This document shows, piece by piece, positions 29,554 through 39,011 of a stretch of DNA of 64,000 nucleotides. The stretch covers positions 22,109-86,108 of IMG/VR virus record IMGVR_UViG_3300024265_000039; one strand, 5' to 3'. Below the pieces are notes generated by a model. That model did not search any database and was not told where the DNA came from. It was given only the letters and a program-made list of their open reading frames with translations. Made by a program: the position numbers and the translations under genes. Within the stretch, counting starts at the first letter, position 1; each line of letters starts with the position of its first letter. The DNA comes from a virus.

Positions 29554-30173
29554 GGCGCGACCGCCTCAAGTTCCGTAGCCAGCACTTCCCCGGATAATGC
29601 ATGGGCCTCTCCTACGTAGTGTTGAATGGTAGGGAAAGCCGGTTTCCAACCTCGATCTTTGTGGAACGGTTGGATCGGTTGCCGGTATCGCCGGGATGAC
29701 CGGGCGGATTTCCCAAACCCGAAACCTCCTACCACAAAAATATAGTAGCGCGTCTCCCCCTTCCCCCAGGTTGATATGGCGGTATTGCCCAACCGCAACT
29801 TCAACTTTGTGCGCCCGGCTGTCAGGGTATAATTCCATCCCCTGCCGAGCGCACCTTTACGACGATAACTGATGTCATCAGGGGTACCGCGCCGAATCGC
29901 GTCCCGGCGTAACATCATCAAGACATACCGCCTTTGCTTGGGACTTTTCCAGCGCATCTTCATGCCTTTTTGACGGGGAGGGTAGCGGCGCAATTCCCGC
30001 AACATCGGCCCCATCACACGTATTCGTATCTGGGAGGCAGTACGCTGCATGACTTTGTTTGGGAGCCGCCTCAATCGTTCTCGTGACTTGGCTATCCGTG
30101 CCTGAGCCGCCCGTAAGGTCGTCGGCTGATTGGCGTTCAGGACAATGGTTTTCAGTTGCTTTCTTCGCGGCAT
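29550..30173 (-). CDS. Basic neck/tail-component protein (HK97 gp10-like, tentative)
   Basis: YPP...WKSPKQRRY...YRRKGALGRGW...QPFHKDRGW pattern. Confidence 0.55.
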   Translation of the reverse strand: MPRRKQLKTIVLNANQPTTLRAAQARIAKSRERLRRLPNKVMQRTASQIRIRVMGPMLRELRRYPPRQKGMKMRWKSPKQRRYVLMMLRRDAIRRGTPDDISYRRKGALGRGWNYTLTAGRTKLKLRLGNTAISTWGKGETRYYIFVVGGFGFGKSARSSRRYRQPIQPFHKDRGWKPAFPTIQHYVGEAHALSGEVLATELEAVAP

Positions 30174-30240
30174 TATTTCTCCATGTAAAGCCCGTAATGC
30201 GTGGAGTTTGTTCCTTGGTCATGCCTTAGTGTACAACGAA

Positions 30241-30290
30241 TTGTCATACCGTTGCAATTGTGGCATAATAGAGAAGCAGTAAACGCAAGG
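30241..30290 (+). promoter_or_regulatory. Sigma70-type promoter; its last 32 nt are repeated at 31271-31302
   Basis: TTGTCA-17 nt-CATAAT with extended TG; exact repeat TGTGGCATAATAGAGAAGCAGTAAACGCAAGG. Confidence 0.7.
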
Positions 30291-30315
30291 TGAACGAATA
30301 TTATAAAGGTAGGGC

Positions 30316-30495
30316 ATGATGATGTACCAAAAAGCCGAAATTGATGATTTGAGAGAACGGGTGGAGTTCTTAGAGCGGCGAGCCAACGACACCCAAAAAC
30401 ATATAGAAGGGCTGATGTCGTTGATTGATAAACTTAAACACAATCAGCAACAGGTGGTAAGCGGTATTCAAAAGGAGTTGGAAAGAAGAGGATGA
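30316..30495 (+). CDS. Small coiled-coil protein (59 aa)
   Basis: Translated by hand: MMMYQKAEIDDLRERVEFLERR...; follows the promoter. Confidence 0.55.
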   Translation: MMMYQKAEIDDLRERVEFLERRANDTQKHIEGLMSLIDKLKHNQQQVVSGIQKELERRG

Positions 30496-30499
30496 TGGG

Positions 30500-30745
30500 A
30501 TGAGCAGAATAATGAAAGATGTAATTCATTTGACTATCGAATATATTCACCCTGGGCGCTTTGATGAAGATACTATCCCCAGTGCTATGGATGTCATACG
30601 CTCTCGATTTCCAAGTTCTCTGCGGATTGATTTTGACAAAACCGAGCGACGTGGACATTCAATGGTCGTAATTGCAATTGTGTGGATTGATGACCCAGAT
30701 AATTGCGACTCAGAGATAGCGGAATCAAAAGGCGTAAGACGATGA
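30500..30745 (+). CDS. Hypothetical protein
   Basis: 81 aa, coupled to the next gene by ATGA. Confidence 0.5.
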   Translation: MSRIMKDVIHLTIEYIHPGRFDEDTIPSAMDVIRSRFPSSLRIDFDKTERRGHSMVVIAIVWIDDPDNCDSEIAESKGVRR

Positions 30746-31356
30746 GAAGACATTGGCAATACTTCAAATACATCATGCGCCATAAGTGGTTTGTGTTGCT
30801 GGAATGTTGGCTGGACGGGTTATATTGGCGCGGTATCGTTCACGATTTGAGCAAGTTCTCCCCCTCTGAGTGGAGAGAATATGTATGGAGATTTGCCTAC
30901 AAAAATGTAGACCCCCGCCATATCCATGATAAAGAATATTTGATGGCCTTCAATCATCATTTGAATAAGAACGATCACCATTGGCAACATTGGTGCTATG
31001 TCCGGGATAGTGGTGAAATCAAATACTTGCCAATGCCTGATAAAGCGCGACGTGAAATGCTGGCCGATTGGCGTGGCATGGGGCGGGCGTTGGGCAAACC
31101 GGATACACGCGGTTGGTATCTTGCGAATAGCGAAAATATCCACTTGCATCCTGATACCCGGAAATGGGTCGATTTTCAATTGAAGGTTTGTATCTGTGGA
31201 GATATGACCTTCAAAGGCTATCATCTTTGCCATGCCTGCTTATTGGGCGAAAGCGCAAGCCGAAAGATAATGTGGCATAATAGAGAAGCAGTAAACGCAA
31301 GGAAGCGCACCCCCCAAGAGGAATGCGCTTCAGATTTCAGTCAGAAAGACCTATGA
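30742..31356 (+). CDS. HD-like (DUF5662-type) protein
   Basis: RHKWFV...IVHDLSKFSPSE...HH..KNDHHWQ...MP....EMLADW motifs. Confidence 0.75.
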   Translation: MRRHWQYFKYIMRHKWFVLLECWLDGLYWRGIVHDLSKFSPSEWREYVWRFAYKNVDPRHIHDKEYLMAFNHHLNKNDHHWQHWCYVRDSGEIKYLPMPDKARREMLADWRGMGRALGKPDTRGWYLANSENIHLHPDTRKWVDFQLKVCICGDMTFKGYHLCHACLLGESASRKIMWHNREAVNARKRTPQEECASDFSQKDL

Positions 31357-31368
31357 GGAGATTATACC

Positions 31369-32283
31369 ATGCAAATGCAAAATGCGACACTGTACCGCCT
31401 ATCAGAAAGTGACAGATTGGAAGCCCGTGCCCAGACGCGGGATAACCTGCTGAAAGGGATGGGGGGGGAACCGCAATGGCAACAATACAAACGTGCCGTT
31501 GTCCAGGAGTTCCCCGGTTGGCTTCAACTGATCGTGGCCGGACTAGCAACACTGGCTCTGGCAGCCGCCTTCTACATCTCCGCGATGAACTTGAATACGA
31601 TTGGGATAGATACGGTCAGCAAAACCCACGACAAAGGTGTTGCTACAGCCGGGATCGCCGTAGTGCTGCTGGCGGAATCGGCCCAGGTGATCTTCAGCCT
31701 TGCGCTGGCAGTCATCGCTAAAAGCCGTTCCAGTCGCGGCATTCTCTTTTCCGGGATGGCCGCCGCTACCGCTATCGCCCTGACCGGCAATATTCAGCTA
31801 GCATCGCCAGATACCGCCTTCGACTGGCTCCTGGCTATTCTCCCGCCGATGATCGTTCTGGGAGTAGCCTACATCCTCAAAGAACAAATTCTCAATACGG
31901 TGCGCACGCGCCACGCGAACCGGCTGGCATTTCAGGATGCCCAAGACAAATGGGATCAAACGCACCAACACCCGGAAGAGCATCCTGGCTGGAGGGTGGC
32001 TTACGCTACCGCGCTCAAAGAACAACTGATGAAAGTGAATGGCCGGGGGCGAGGAAGAGCCGAGCGGGAACAGGCCATGTCCCAGATGGGACGGAGCGAA
32101 TGGAGCACCCTTGTCCACCAGGAACTTACCAACGATCAGTGGTACATCGACCCGGCATTCCCAGCACCTTCAGCGGGGATGGTTGACGTAGCGGCCAGTC
32201 TCAAAAAGTCAGAAGCGCTTGTCGTCGAAAGCGGTGAGCCTTTTTTAGCCCACAACCCCAACGGGAACAGCCAGAACCGGTAG
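31369..32283 (+). CDS. Multi-pass membrane protein
   Basis: Four hydrophobic helices, GAGGAG RBS. Confidence 0.75.
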   Translation: MQMQNATLYRLSESDRLEARAQTRDNLLKGMGGEPQWQQYKRAVVQEFPGWLQLIVAGLATLALAAAFYISAMNLNTIGIDTVSKTHDKGVATAGIAVVLLAESAQVIFSLALAVIAKSRSSRGILFSGMAAATAIALTGNIQLASPDTAFDWLLAILPPMIVLGVAYILKEQILNTVRTRHANRLAFQDAQDKWDQTHQHPEEHPGWRVAYATALKEQLMKVNGRGRGRAEREQAMSQMGRSEWSTLVHQELTNDQWYIDPAFPAPSAGMVDVAASLKKSEALVVESGEPFLAHNPNGNSQNR

Positions 32284-32444
32284 AGGACGAAGGTCGTCCG
32301 ACAGGTAAGGGGAACCCGGTAAAACGGCGGCGCTGCCTCGCTTGCGACCGCCCCTTCCGCACGCGGAACAGCAGGAGATTGTACTGCTCCACAGCCTGCA
32401 AGCAGAAATACTATCGTGAGGGCGATTCGTTACGGACAGTGTGA
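32241..32444 (+). CDS. Putative -1 frameshift extension carrying a Cys4 zinc finger
   Basis: T TTT TTA heptamer; -1 frame encodes CLACDRPF...YCSTACKQKYYR and has no start codon before the finger. Confidence 0.6.
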   Translation, partial: FFSPQPQREQPEPVEDEGRPTGKGNPVKRRRCLACDRPFRTRNSRRLYCSTACKQKYYREGDSLRTV

Positions 32445-32558
32445 ACGTTTGGGTTAGGTTTGCGAGTGTGTGCGGTGTGTACTGCTTGAGGTATCTGAAC
32501 CCAGGCAGAACTTGGAAGTAGGATGCCTCCGAGAGTGCTGTAATGGCGCTCTCTTTGA

Positions 32559-32834
32559 TTACAGTGGTCGCATGATTGCTTCACGGCATTGAGTATCCGG
32601 CGGGGGCACGTCCAACCCGTCATCCAGCAACGCCTGTATGAACTCTGGGAGCAGGGTTGCCAGCAAGTTTTGTGCTTCCGACAGGGTAGTTCCCTGGGCA
32701 TGACAGCCCGGCAACTCCGGGTGCAATGCGATCCAGCAAACTTCTCCGCCAGCCGTATCTTGCAGGATGTGGACTTGGTACGGGCGGAGAGACAGCCGGT
32801 ACGCTTCCAATGATACTTGGTTCGTGTCAGTCAT
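32559..32834 (-). CDS. hicB: HicB-family antitoxin-like protein
   Basis: WIALHPELPGCHAQGTTLSEAQNLL...LLDDGLDVPPP. Confidence 0.8.
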   Translation of the reverse strand: MTDTNQVSLEAYRLSLRPYQVHILQDTAGGEVCWIALHPELPGCHAQGTTLSEAQNLLATLLPEFIQALLDDGLDVPPPDTQCREAIMRPL

Positions 32835-32840
32835 AGGTGG

Positions 32841-33203
32841 TCATCCCAGCAGTGGACGAAGGATCATGCGTGCATCTGTGATAGCTATCATAATCTCTTC
32901 TAAGTTCTTCTTTAGATCAGAAACCGCCCTCCGATACCTACTGTTATCCTTTGCAAAACCACGAGCCATCAGTTGGACAACTTCGCGCACACCCCCGTGC
33001 AGCATAGTACAGGCGACCTCGATCAAAGCCGACATCTGCTCGGAAATGTTACGAGGGATGGTTTTCAAAAGGGGTTCCGCCCCCTTCAGATCGATCAAGA
33101 CTTCTTCGAGATTGCTTTTCCGAGAACTGTCGATAGAGCTATACGCCCTTCTAACTTTTCTTAAAGCCTTGCCTAGCCTGTCTTCCATCTTTGCTGCATT
33201 CAT
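32841..33203 (-). CDS. Basic helical protein
   Basis: 120 aa, R/K-rich amphipathic helices, coupled to the upstream gene. Confidence 0.7.
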   Translation of the reverse strand: MNAAKMEDRLGKALRKVRRAYSSIDSSRKSNLEEVLIDLKGAEPLLKTIPRNISEQMSALIEVACTMLHGGVREVVQLMARGFAKDNSRYRRAVSDLKKNLEEIMIAITDARMILRPLLG

Positions 33204-33964
33204 CAGTCTCTCCTCACAAGCCCCTCCATCGGGGGCATATTGATGATCTTGAAATCACGGATTTTGAGCGGGTTACATGCCTTCGCCCGGTTGATGCAAA
33301 TCCGGCAATGTTCTGCCGGTTGCATTTGCCAGTCCACATCAGCATTGCCCTTCACCGCATCGACGTACCGCCAGACCCACCCGCATTTACAGTTGTTCCG
33401 GCAATCCGTCCTATCTTTCGGGTAAAAGGGCAGGTCGGGGAAGTTTCGGTGGACATTCTTATCCATCGTCTCATAGGCTATCTGTGTCCCCGCGCCGCCA
33501 TACATCCGAGCGCGATTAGCAATCCGAGATTCCTTTCGGGCTTCCACCGGCTCACGTTCCAACTGGGCGATCCAGTTATCCAGGTAAACGGCCTGGGCGC
33601 GGGTATGTTCATCCACGCGCTGAATATCTTCCGGGGTCAGGTAACCGATCCCACCAGCACCGGCAGCCGCGCCGGTATAGAGGCTGTAACGGATTTCATT
33701 GAGCATTAACGCCCGGAACTGGCGCAGGGGAAGCTCCCCTGAGGTCACCCGTTTCGCCAAGACATCCACCCGTTCATTGAACTGGGTTTGATAACGCTCA
33801 ACCATCTCCACAGTACGCTGCTGGCGGGTCTGGGCTTCCGCCTGCGGCTCTTCTGGCTTCCGCCCGGCTAATCTCCCCGCGCCTTCCAATACGCGGCGGA
33901 AAACGGCTCTAAGGCGATCAGCACCGGGAATAGCCTTAGCAGTTACTTCGGTCATCAGGTCCAT
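33203..33964 (-). CDS. Head morphogenesis/minor capsid protein (MuF-like, tentative)
   Basis: Downstream of portal; RARMY and Cys motifs CRNNCKC, EHCRIC. Confidence 0.6.
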   Translation of the reverse strand: MDLMTEVTAKAIPGADRLRAVFRRVLEGAGRLAGRKPEEPQAEAQTRQQRTVEMVERYQTQFNERVDVLAKRVTSGELPLRQFRALMLNEIRYSLYTGAAAGAGGIGYLTPEDIQRVDEHTRAQAVYLDNWIAQLEREPVEARKESRIANRARMYGGAGTQIAYETMDKNVHRNFPDLPFYPKDRTDCRNNCKCGWVWRYVDAVKGNADVDWQMQPAEHCRICINRAKACNPLKIRDFKIINMPPMEGLVRRD

Positions 33965-34385
33965 CCCAATAGTGGCGGCATAGTAGCGGCGATCTTTTCA
34001 AGGCACGTACCTCCAAAAGATCGGAAATTTTCTGGCGGTGGCGGACTTCTGTACGGGCAATTGCAATCCAGTTAATGGCCTTCGCTACTTTGCGCTTCGC
34101 TTCTCGCGCAAAAGCATTGGAGGTATCCCCAGGCCAGGGCTGCCTTAGATCATGGTAAATGTCTGCGGCGACTTGATAAGCCATATCAACTGATCTGGGA
34201 TATTTTTCGCCGGGGTAGGTAACTATATCATGCAATTCCTCAGTGGCAACACGCGCTTTCCGCGAAGCTACATGGATGTTTGGATTCGCGGAATTGAGGG
34301 CGACATACGCTTTCTTTAAGCTGATCGTCGCCCGGCGTAATGTGGTTCCAAGCCAGCGTTTTTTCATTTGGTCTCCCATCGTCAT
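33936..34385 (-). CDS. Basic helical protein with its own promoter
   Basis: R/K-rich; TGaTATAAT at 34416-34424 upstream. Confidence 0.65.
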   Translation of the reverse strand: MTMGDQMKKRWLGTTLRRATISLKKAYVALNSANPNIHVASRKARVATEELHDIVTYPGEKYPRSVDMAYQVAADIYHDLRQPWPGDTSNAFAREAKRKVAKAINWIAIARTEVRHRQKISDLLEVRALKRSPLLCRHYWDGPDDRSNC

Positions 34386-34447
34386 TCCCCTTCTATATAA
34401 CTTACGCTTACCTAGATTATATCATACTTCTTCTGGAAAGGGAAACC

Positions 34448-37400
34448 TCAGTTTCCGCTCTCTTCTGGTTCATCGTCGAGCAGTGCCAGCAGGTCTTCGT
34501 CACCGGATTCTTTCAGGCGTTCTGCCCAGGCGACCAGCCCGTCTTCAGCCGTTTCCGGGACGGCAGTCGTTTCGGCCAGGTCTTGCCCGGCTTCATCAAA
34601 TACGACATGTATGTCGCGTTTGTTCTCGACGGCTTTCAACCGTTCGCGTACCTGCAATTCAATAGCCAGGGGTAGCCGGGATACTTTGAAGGTGGCACCA
34701 TCACGGGGGGCAATATCACCGGAGGGAATATCTGATTTGGCCGTCCCCCGCTTCATAGCAAATGCTCTCCATGATCTCAGTTCTTCTTTCGCGTTCGGTT
34801 GTACCGCTTCCTGTTTCCCTTGCTTCTTTTCGTGTTTGCGTTTCAAGTTTCGCAGTACCGGGTTCTCGATGAAGACCGTATGATCGTCAAAGTATCCGTC
34901 ATTGATTGCCTCCATTGTGGCTTCCAGGATGTCGCCTGGGATGCCGGAGTCCATGGCTTCCTGCACTTCTTCTACCAGCACCTTCGGCAAATTGCCGGGA
35001 ATGTCTGAGGTGGCGTTCCAGTGGCGCATCTGCGCTCGTAGGAGGCGGCGGCGTGTTTCAGTTATCCGGGCGTAGGTTTCACGGGATTCCAGGGCATTGG
35101 CTGTATCGGGGTGGCCGTCTTTATCTGCGTCAGCCACTTCGATCACTCGTACCATCTGGTAATTGTCACGCCCGACTGTAATTGCATTGGGGGCAACAAT
35201 CGCCTGAGTTTCCAAGTCGGGGATGGGTACTCCCCCGGAAACATAGGCCAACGTGATATGCGGCTTGTACTGCTCCGCCTGGCTGAAATATGAGGGTTTC
35301 ACCTGTTCGACGCTTAAAGCCGTCCTCACGCGGCTCTGCAATGCCATCAGGGGAATATCAGGTTCTATTCGGAGCGTAATTGCCTGCAACCCTTCCGACG
35401 TTTGGAATGTCTGAACGCTATCAATCCGCAGACTTATACCTCTCCAATTCCCCGGCAGCAGATCAGCCACCCGCCCCAACGCATCATCGGAGCAATCTGG
35501 GGTATGTGCCAATGTACAGTGCCACAATTCCGGGGCGACCCAATGTACCCGCGACAACTGCTTCTCATCCACCGTACCGGCCAGCTTTGCTTTCAACTGG
35601 GCCGCGACCGTCTGGATCAACGAATCCTCGCCGATCCGTAGGGATATGTAGGCCGGTTGGGATTCCGACTCTGGGGGGCTGAATTTTTCCGGTTGCTTCT
35701 CTTCCACCTCCGTACTCTGCTCCCCTTCCTGAATGGCAGCCTGCGGTGACGATTCCAGCGCTGTCTTTTCCGGTTTTGCGGGGGGAGTAGGGGGAGGTGA
35801 ACCATTAGGTGAGGGGTTTGGATTAGTAGCAGCCGTCACCGCGTCGGTACCATTCATTTTAGGAGCTTCCCCCAGCGCTTCAGTTTCGGTACCCTCTGCC
35901 GATGTTTCCACCTTTGGCGGAGGGAGCGCAAGCGGGGAGGCTTGAGGTTGCCCACCTTGCGGCGGGGGGGCAGACGGGTCAGGGACCAATTCGTATTTGT
36001 ATCCGTCCGGCTCATCACTTGGCAACTCCCCCAACAACCTACGGTATTCGTTTCGCTTGATAGCGCCTTCAGCCCAGGCTGTTCCCAGATGCTGCAACAG
36101 GTCGGGGCTGATGATCTTGTCATCACGCAAAATCCGCTCGACCGATTGGAAACGACCGTTAACCATCACGAAGTTAGCCAGAGGCTTGGTCTGCTCGATA
36201 CCCAACCGCTCCTGCGTAGTTCCAAGGTCCTGAGCGCCACCCTGGAAGATTGACAATTCAGTTTCCGACCGGGATTGCCGCTCGACATCGAATGCCCGGA
36301 TATTCTTTTCGTCGATGACCAACCGTAACCCAGCTTCGTCGCCCAACCCCAGGCTGTCGTTAACAGCACTCAAGAAATGCCCCCCGACCGGCACTACCGC
36401 ATCAACATAGGCTTGCAGGATCAGATGCTTATGCCGGGCATTGTCGCTACCACTTTCAGGAGGAACGATCAAATCAGGGGCGATCTGGATGACACTGGCT
36501 ATTGCGTTCAGAGCTTCCCGGTTCAGTTCTGGAGCAGTCACCTTATCCGCCGTGACCCCCACATCCTGGACATTGAATTTACGGTCAAAGAAAGCAGCAC
36601 GCGCAGTAAACTTGCCAAAGACGCCGCGCCAAAGTTGCTCGAAACGATTTTTGTGGCGTATCAAATCGACTTCAGTATAATGGGCCGGGTCTTCCTCTGA
36701 TGGAGTGACCATCAACATGGGTAACGCCCCGCTCATGAAATAATGAGCGGCCCATCGCGCAATAGCTGCGTTGGTGACCGCGTTGTTAATTGCCAGGGAT
36801 GCCATCGAAGTCGCCCGATTGCGATACCGGGGGTCATAATCATGCCAGTACACTACCTGTTGGGGGGAGAACATGTGGACCCCGCCACCAATTTCTGCGT
36901 TGGGAACATAAAGATCAAATCCATGCACAACGTTGGTATAGGGGTCTTCACGCAATTCCCAATCGGAACGCAAAAGCAAGTTGAACCCAGACACCGCCCC
37001 ATCAGTAAATTTCGAGATCGGGCGTCCGGTCGTACTGGCGAGTTTGGCCTTTAGGGTTTGGCGCTTGTATATCAGCACTTCACCGTGCAGTGCATAGGTG
37101 ATATACAGTTCATATAGCATTCGGGGGGTGAATGCTCCCGCTAATCTGTTCAGCAAATGCGAATCCGGCAACTCGATCCATTGCCCTTGCTTCCGCACTT
37201 CTCCGATAATGGGAAGAGATGAGAACAGATTGGCTACACGCCGAATAGCTGAGAACAGATAGACGCTGGCGCGATACGCCCCTTCAATCTGGTCATCGCT
37301 ATAATTGCCCTCCGTCGATCCCCCAGAGGTGATGAAGTCCTGGATATACTGGCTGTAAGGCGTGGATTTGTACGCCTGCTGCAAATCAGCTTTAACCGCA

Positions 37401-37522
37401 ACATCATGCCTTGCGGCGGTTTGCCACGTCCTGGGGTTGGGGGCATAGCGCTGCGGGGTGAATTCAGCATGGGTCGGCGATCTGAACGGTTGCGACAAAC
37501 TTTTAAATCCTGGCAGTTGCAT
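34448..37522 (-). CDS. Portal protein fused to a 2H phosphoesterase domain
   Basis: Portal motifs AYRASVYLFSAIRRVAN..SLP, YFMSGALP, IASVIQIAPDLI; Pro-rich linker; HCTL and HITL 2H motifs. Confidence 0.88.
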   Translation of the reverse strand: MQLPGFKSLSQPFRSPTHAEFTPQRYAPNPRTWQTAARHDVAVKADLQQAYKSTPYSQYIQDFITSGGSTEGNYSDDQIEGAYRASVYLFSAIRRVANLFSSLPIIGEVRKQGQWIELPDSHLLNRLAGAFTPRMLYELYITYALHGEVLIYKRQTLKAKLASTTGRPISKFTDGAVSGFNLLLRSDWELREDPYTNVVHGFDLYVPNAEIGGGVHMFSPQQVVYWHDYDPRYRNRATSMASLAINNAVTNAAIARWAAHYFMSGALPMLMVTPSEEDPAHYTEVDLIRHKNRFEQLWRGVFGKFTARAAFFDRKFNVQDVGVTADKVTAPELNREALNAIASVIQIAPDLIVPPESGSDNARHKHLILQAYVDAVVPVGGHFLSAVNDSLGLGDEAGLRLVIDEKNIRAFDVERQSRSETELSIFQGGAQDLGTTQERLGIEQTKPLANFVMVNGRFQSVERILRDDKIISPDLLQHLGTAWAEGAIKRNEYRRLLGELPSDEPDGYKYELVPDPSAPPPQGGQPQASPLALPPPKVETSAEGTETEALGEAPKMNGTDAVTAATNPNPSPNGSPPPTPPAKPEKTALESSPQAAIQEGEQSTEVEEKQPEKFSPPESESQPAYISLRIGEDSLIQTVAAQLKAKLAGTVDEKQLSRVHWVAPELWHCTLAHTPDCSDDALGRVADLLPGNWRGISLRIDSVQTFQTSEGLQAITLRIEPDIPLMALQSRVRTALSVEQVKPSYFSQAEQYKPHITLAYVSGGVPIPDLETQAIVAPNAITVGRDNYQMVRVIEVADADKDGHPDTANALESRETYARITETRRRLLRAQMRHWNATSDIPGNLPKVLVEEVQEAMDSGIPGDILEATMEAINDGYFDDHTVFIENPVLRNLKRKHEKKQGKQEAVQPNAKEELRSWRAFAMKRGTAKSDIPSGDIAPRDGATFKVSRLPLAIELQVRERLKAVENKRDIHVVFDEAGQDLAETTAVPETAEDGLVAWAERLKESGDEDLLALLDDEPEESGN

Positions 37523-37533
37523 ATATCACCGTC

Positions 37534-38991
37534 CTAAGTCTGACCCTCCGGGGCGACGATAGGGGCGTCCGCAGTTTTCGTTCCAGGGATCGCTGCTAAA
37601 ATACCACGCATCCAAGCTGCTGCACTCTCATCATCCACTTCGTCATAGGTAGCGGCGGCCAAAGCCTTGAACGATTCGTCCGGCAGAGCCTCGCTACGAC
37701 CGACCGCTTCCACCAAATCGTAAGTGGTCACCATCGCCTCTTCCAATACTGCTACCGTAGGCACGGTATCTTCACACTGGTCAGCGAATGCTTGACCGTA
37801 TTGGACCAGAGCTTTGATCGGTGGGGTAGGGGTGGGAACAGGGTCAACCGCTTTACCGGCCAGGGTCGCCTGGCGTGATTCCAACATCTTGACCACCCGC
37901 TCTTGCCGTGATCGCATACTCCATGTATAAGGGAATTTTTGCAGCGAATGAACCAGCCTAATTGCATCGCGCAAAGCATAAGCTGCATCTTGCAGTTTTC
38001 GCTTGTTGACATGACCGGCAGCCTGCCCAACCAGCTTTTTGGCTTTCCACCACGCTGGCATTTGAGGCCACTTGAGTTCTTTACGCCTGGACATGCCCTC
38101 CATATCACGAAGCAACCGCTTCAGAATTACCGGGCGGAACGGTTGACGACCACGTTTGATTTGATCGAACACAAAACGGAGCCGGGTTTCCATCGCCCGT
38201 AGTTGAAGGATTTCATCGCGCTTTTTCATGGCCGTTCCGCGATGCGCCATATCCCCAGCAGTACAGGTCACCATACCGCCATTATCCAACGTGACGTGAT
38301 AGATAACTCCACCGTTACGTCTACGAACAACGCCAGACACATACCCGGTCGCATTGATTGTCTTCACGTTTACCGGGGAGTCCAAGAGAAACTTGGCCGG
38401 GGCATTATGCAAGGCCGATTTAGGATCGGCTCGATCATCATCCGAGACACCAAACCCGACACTACCGGCGTCGGAAGTGTTGATCGTTTTCACCACCGTC
38501 CCGCCGCGCTCCATCTGGTCAGCCACAGCCTTCGCCCACACAGCACCGGGGACACCCCCGTAACACATGAACGTCGCCCACTTCTCTGACGGCGCATCAG
38601 AGTTGTTCCAACCGGGATCATCATCTGGGGCCGCCTTAGCGAAGAACTTGACCATCTTAGCAATAGCGCGAGGAGTCACCGTCCGGCGTTCAGCAATATC
38701 GCCAGCCAACGTTTTGACATGATGGCTCACCGATAGCCCTTCATTGCCCTTCAGCGCCGACAAGCCGCGCTTGGCCGCATGTGCCATTGACTGGATCGGG
38801 CGGAAATCGATGTGCCCGTACTTGGCAGAGATCGCCTGCGATTGCTTCATCGCATTATCCAATACTGACTTCTGGGCATCAGCCTCATCCTGAGAGCTAC
38901 ACGTATGGACTGCCTTTCCCTCCGGCCTGCCATCAGCGCCACGCTTGTGGACTGCAAACTTTTTGCTTCGCTTTACGACCATGTATGTCAT
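37534..38991 (-). CDS. Multi-module head-associated polyprotein
   Basis: Several short modules separated by K-A/K-T/K-S linkers, including a copy of the capsid N-arm. Confidence 0.7.
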   Translation of the reverse strand: MTYMVVKRSKKFAVHKRGADGRPEGKAVHTCSSQDEADAQKSVLDNAMKQSQAISAKYGHIDFRPIQSMAHAAKRGLSALKGNEGLSVSHHVKTLAGDIAERRTVTPRAIAKMVKFFAKAAPDDDPGWNNSDAPSEKWATFMCYGGVPGAVWAKAVADQMERGGTVVKTINTSDAGSVGFGVSDDDRADPKSALHNAPAKFLLDSPVNVKTINATGYVSGVVRRRNGGVIYHVTLDNGGMVTCTAGDMAHRGTAMKKRDEILQLRAMETRLRFVFDQIKRGRQPFRPVILKRLLRDMEGMSRRKELKWPQMPAWWKAKKLVGQAAGHVNKRKLQDAAYALRDAIRLVHSLQKFPYTWSMRSRQERVVKMLESRQATLAGKAVDPVPTPTPPIKALVQYGQAFADQCEDTVPTVAVLEEAMVTTYDLVEAVGRSEALPDESFKALAAATYDEVDDESAAAWMRGILAAIPGTKTADAPIVAPEGQT

Positions 38992-39011
38992 TTGGCTAGC
39001 TCCTCATTACC

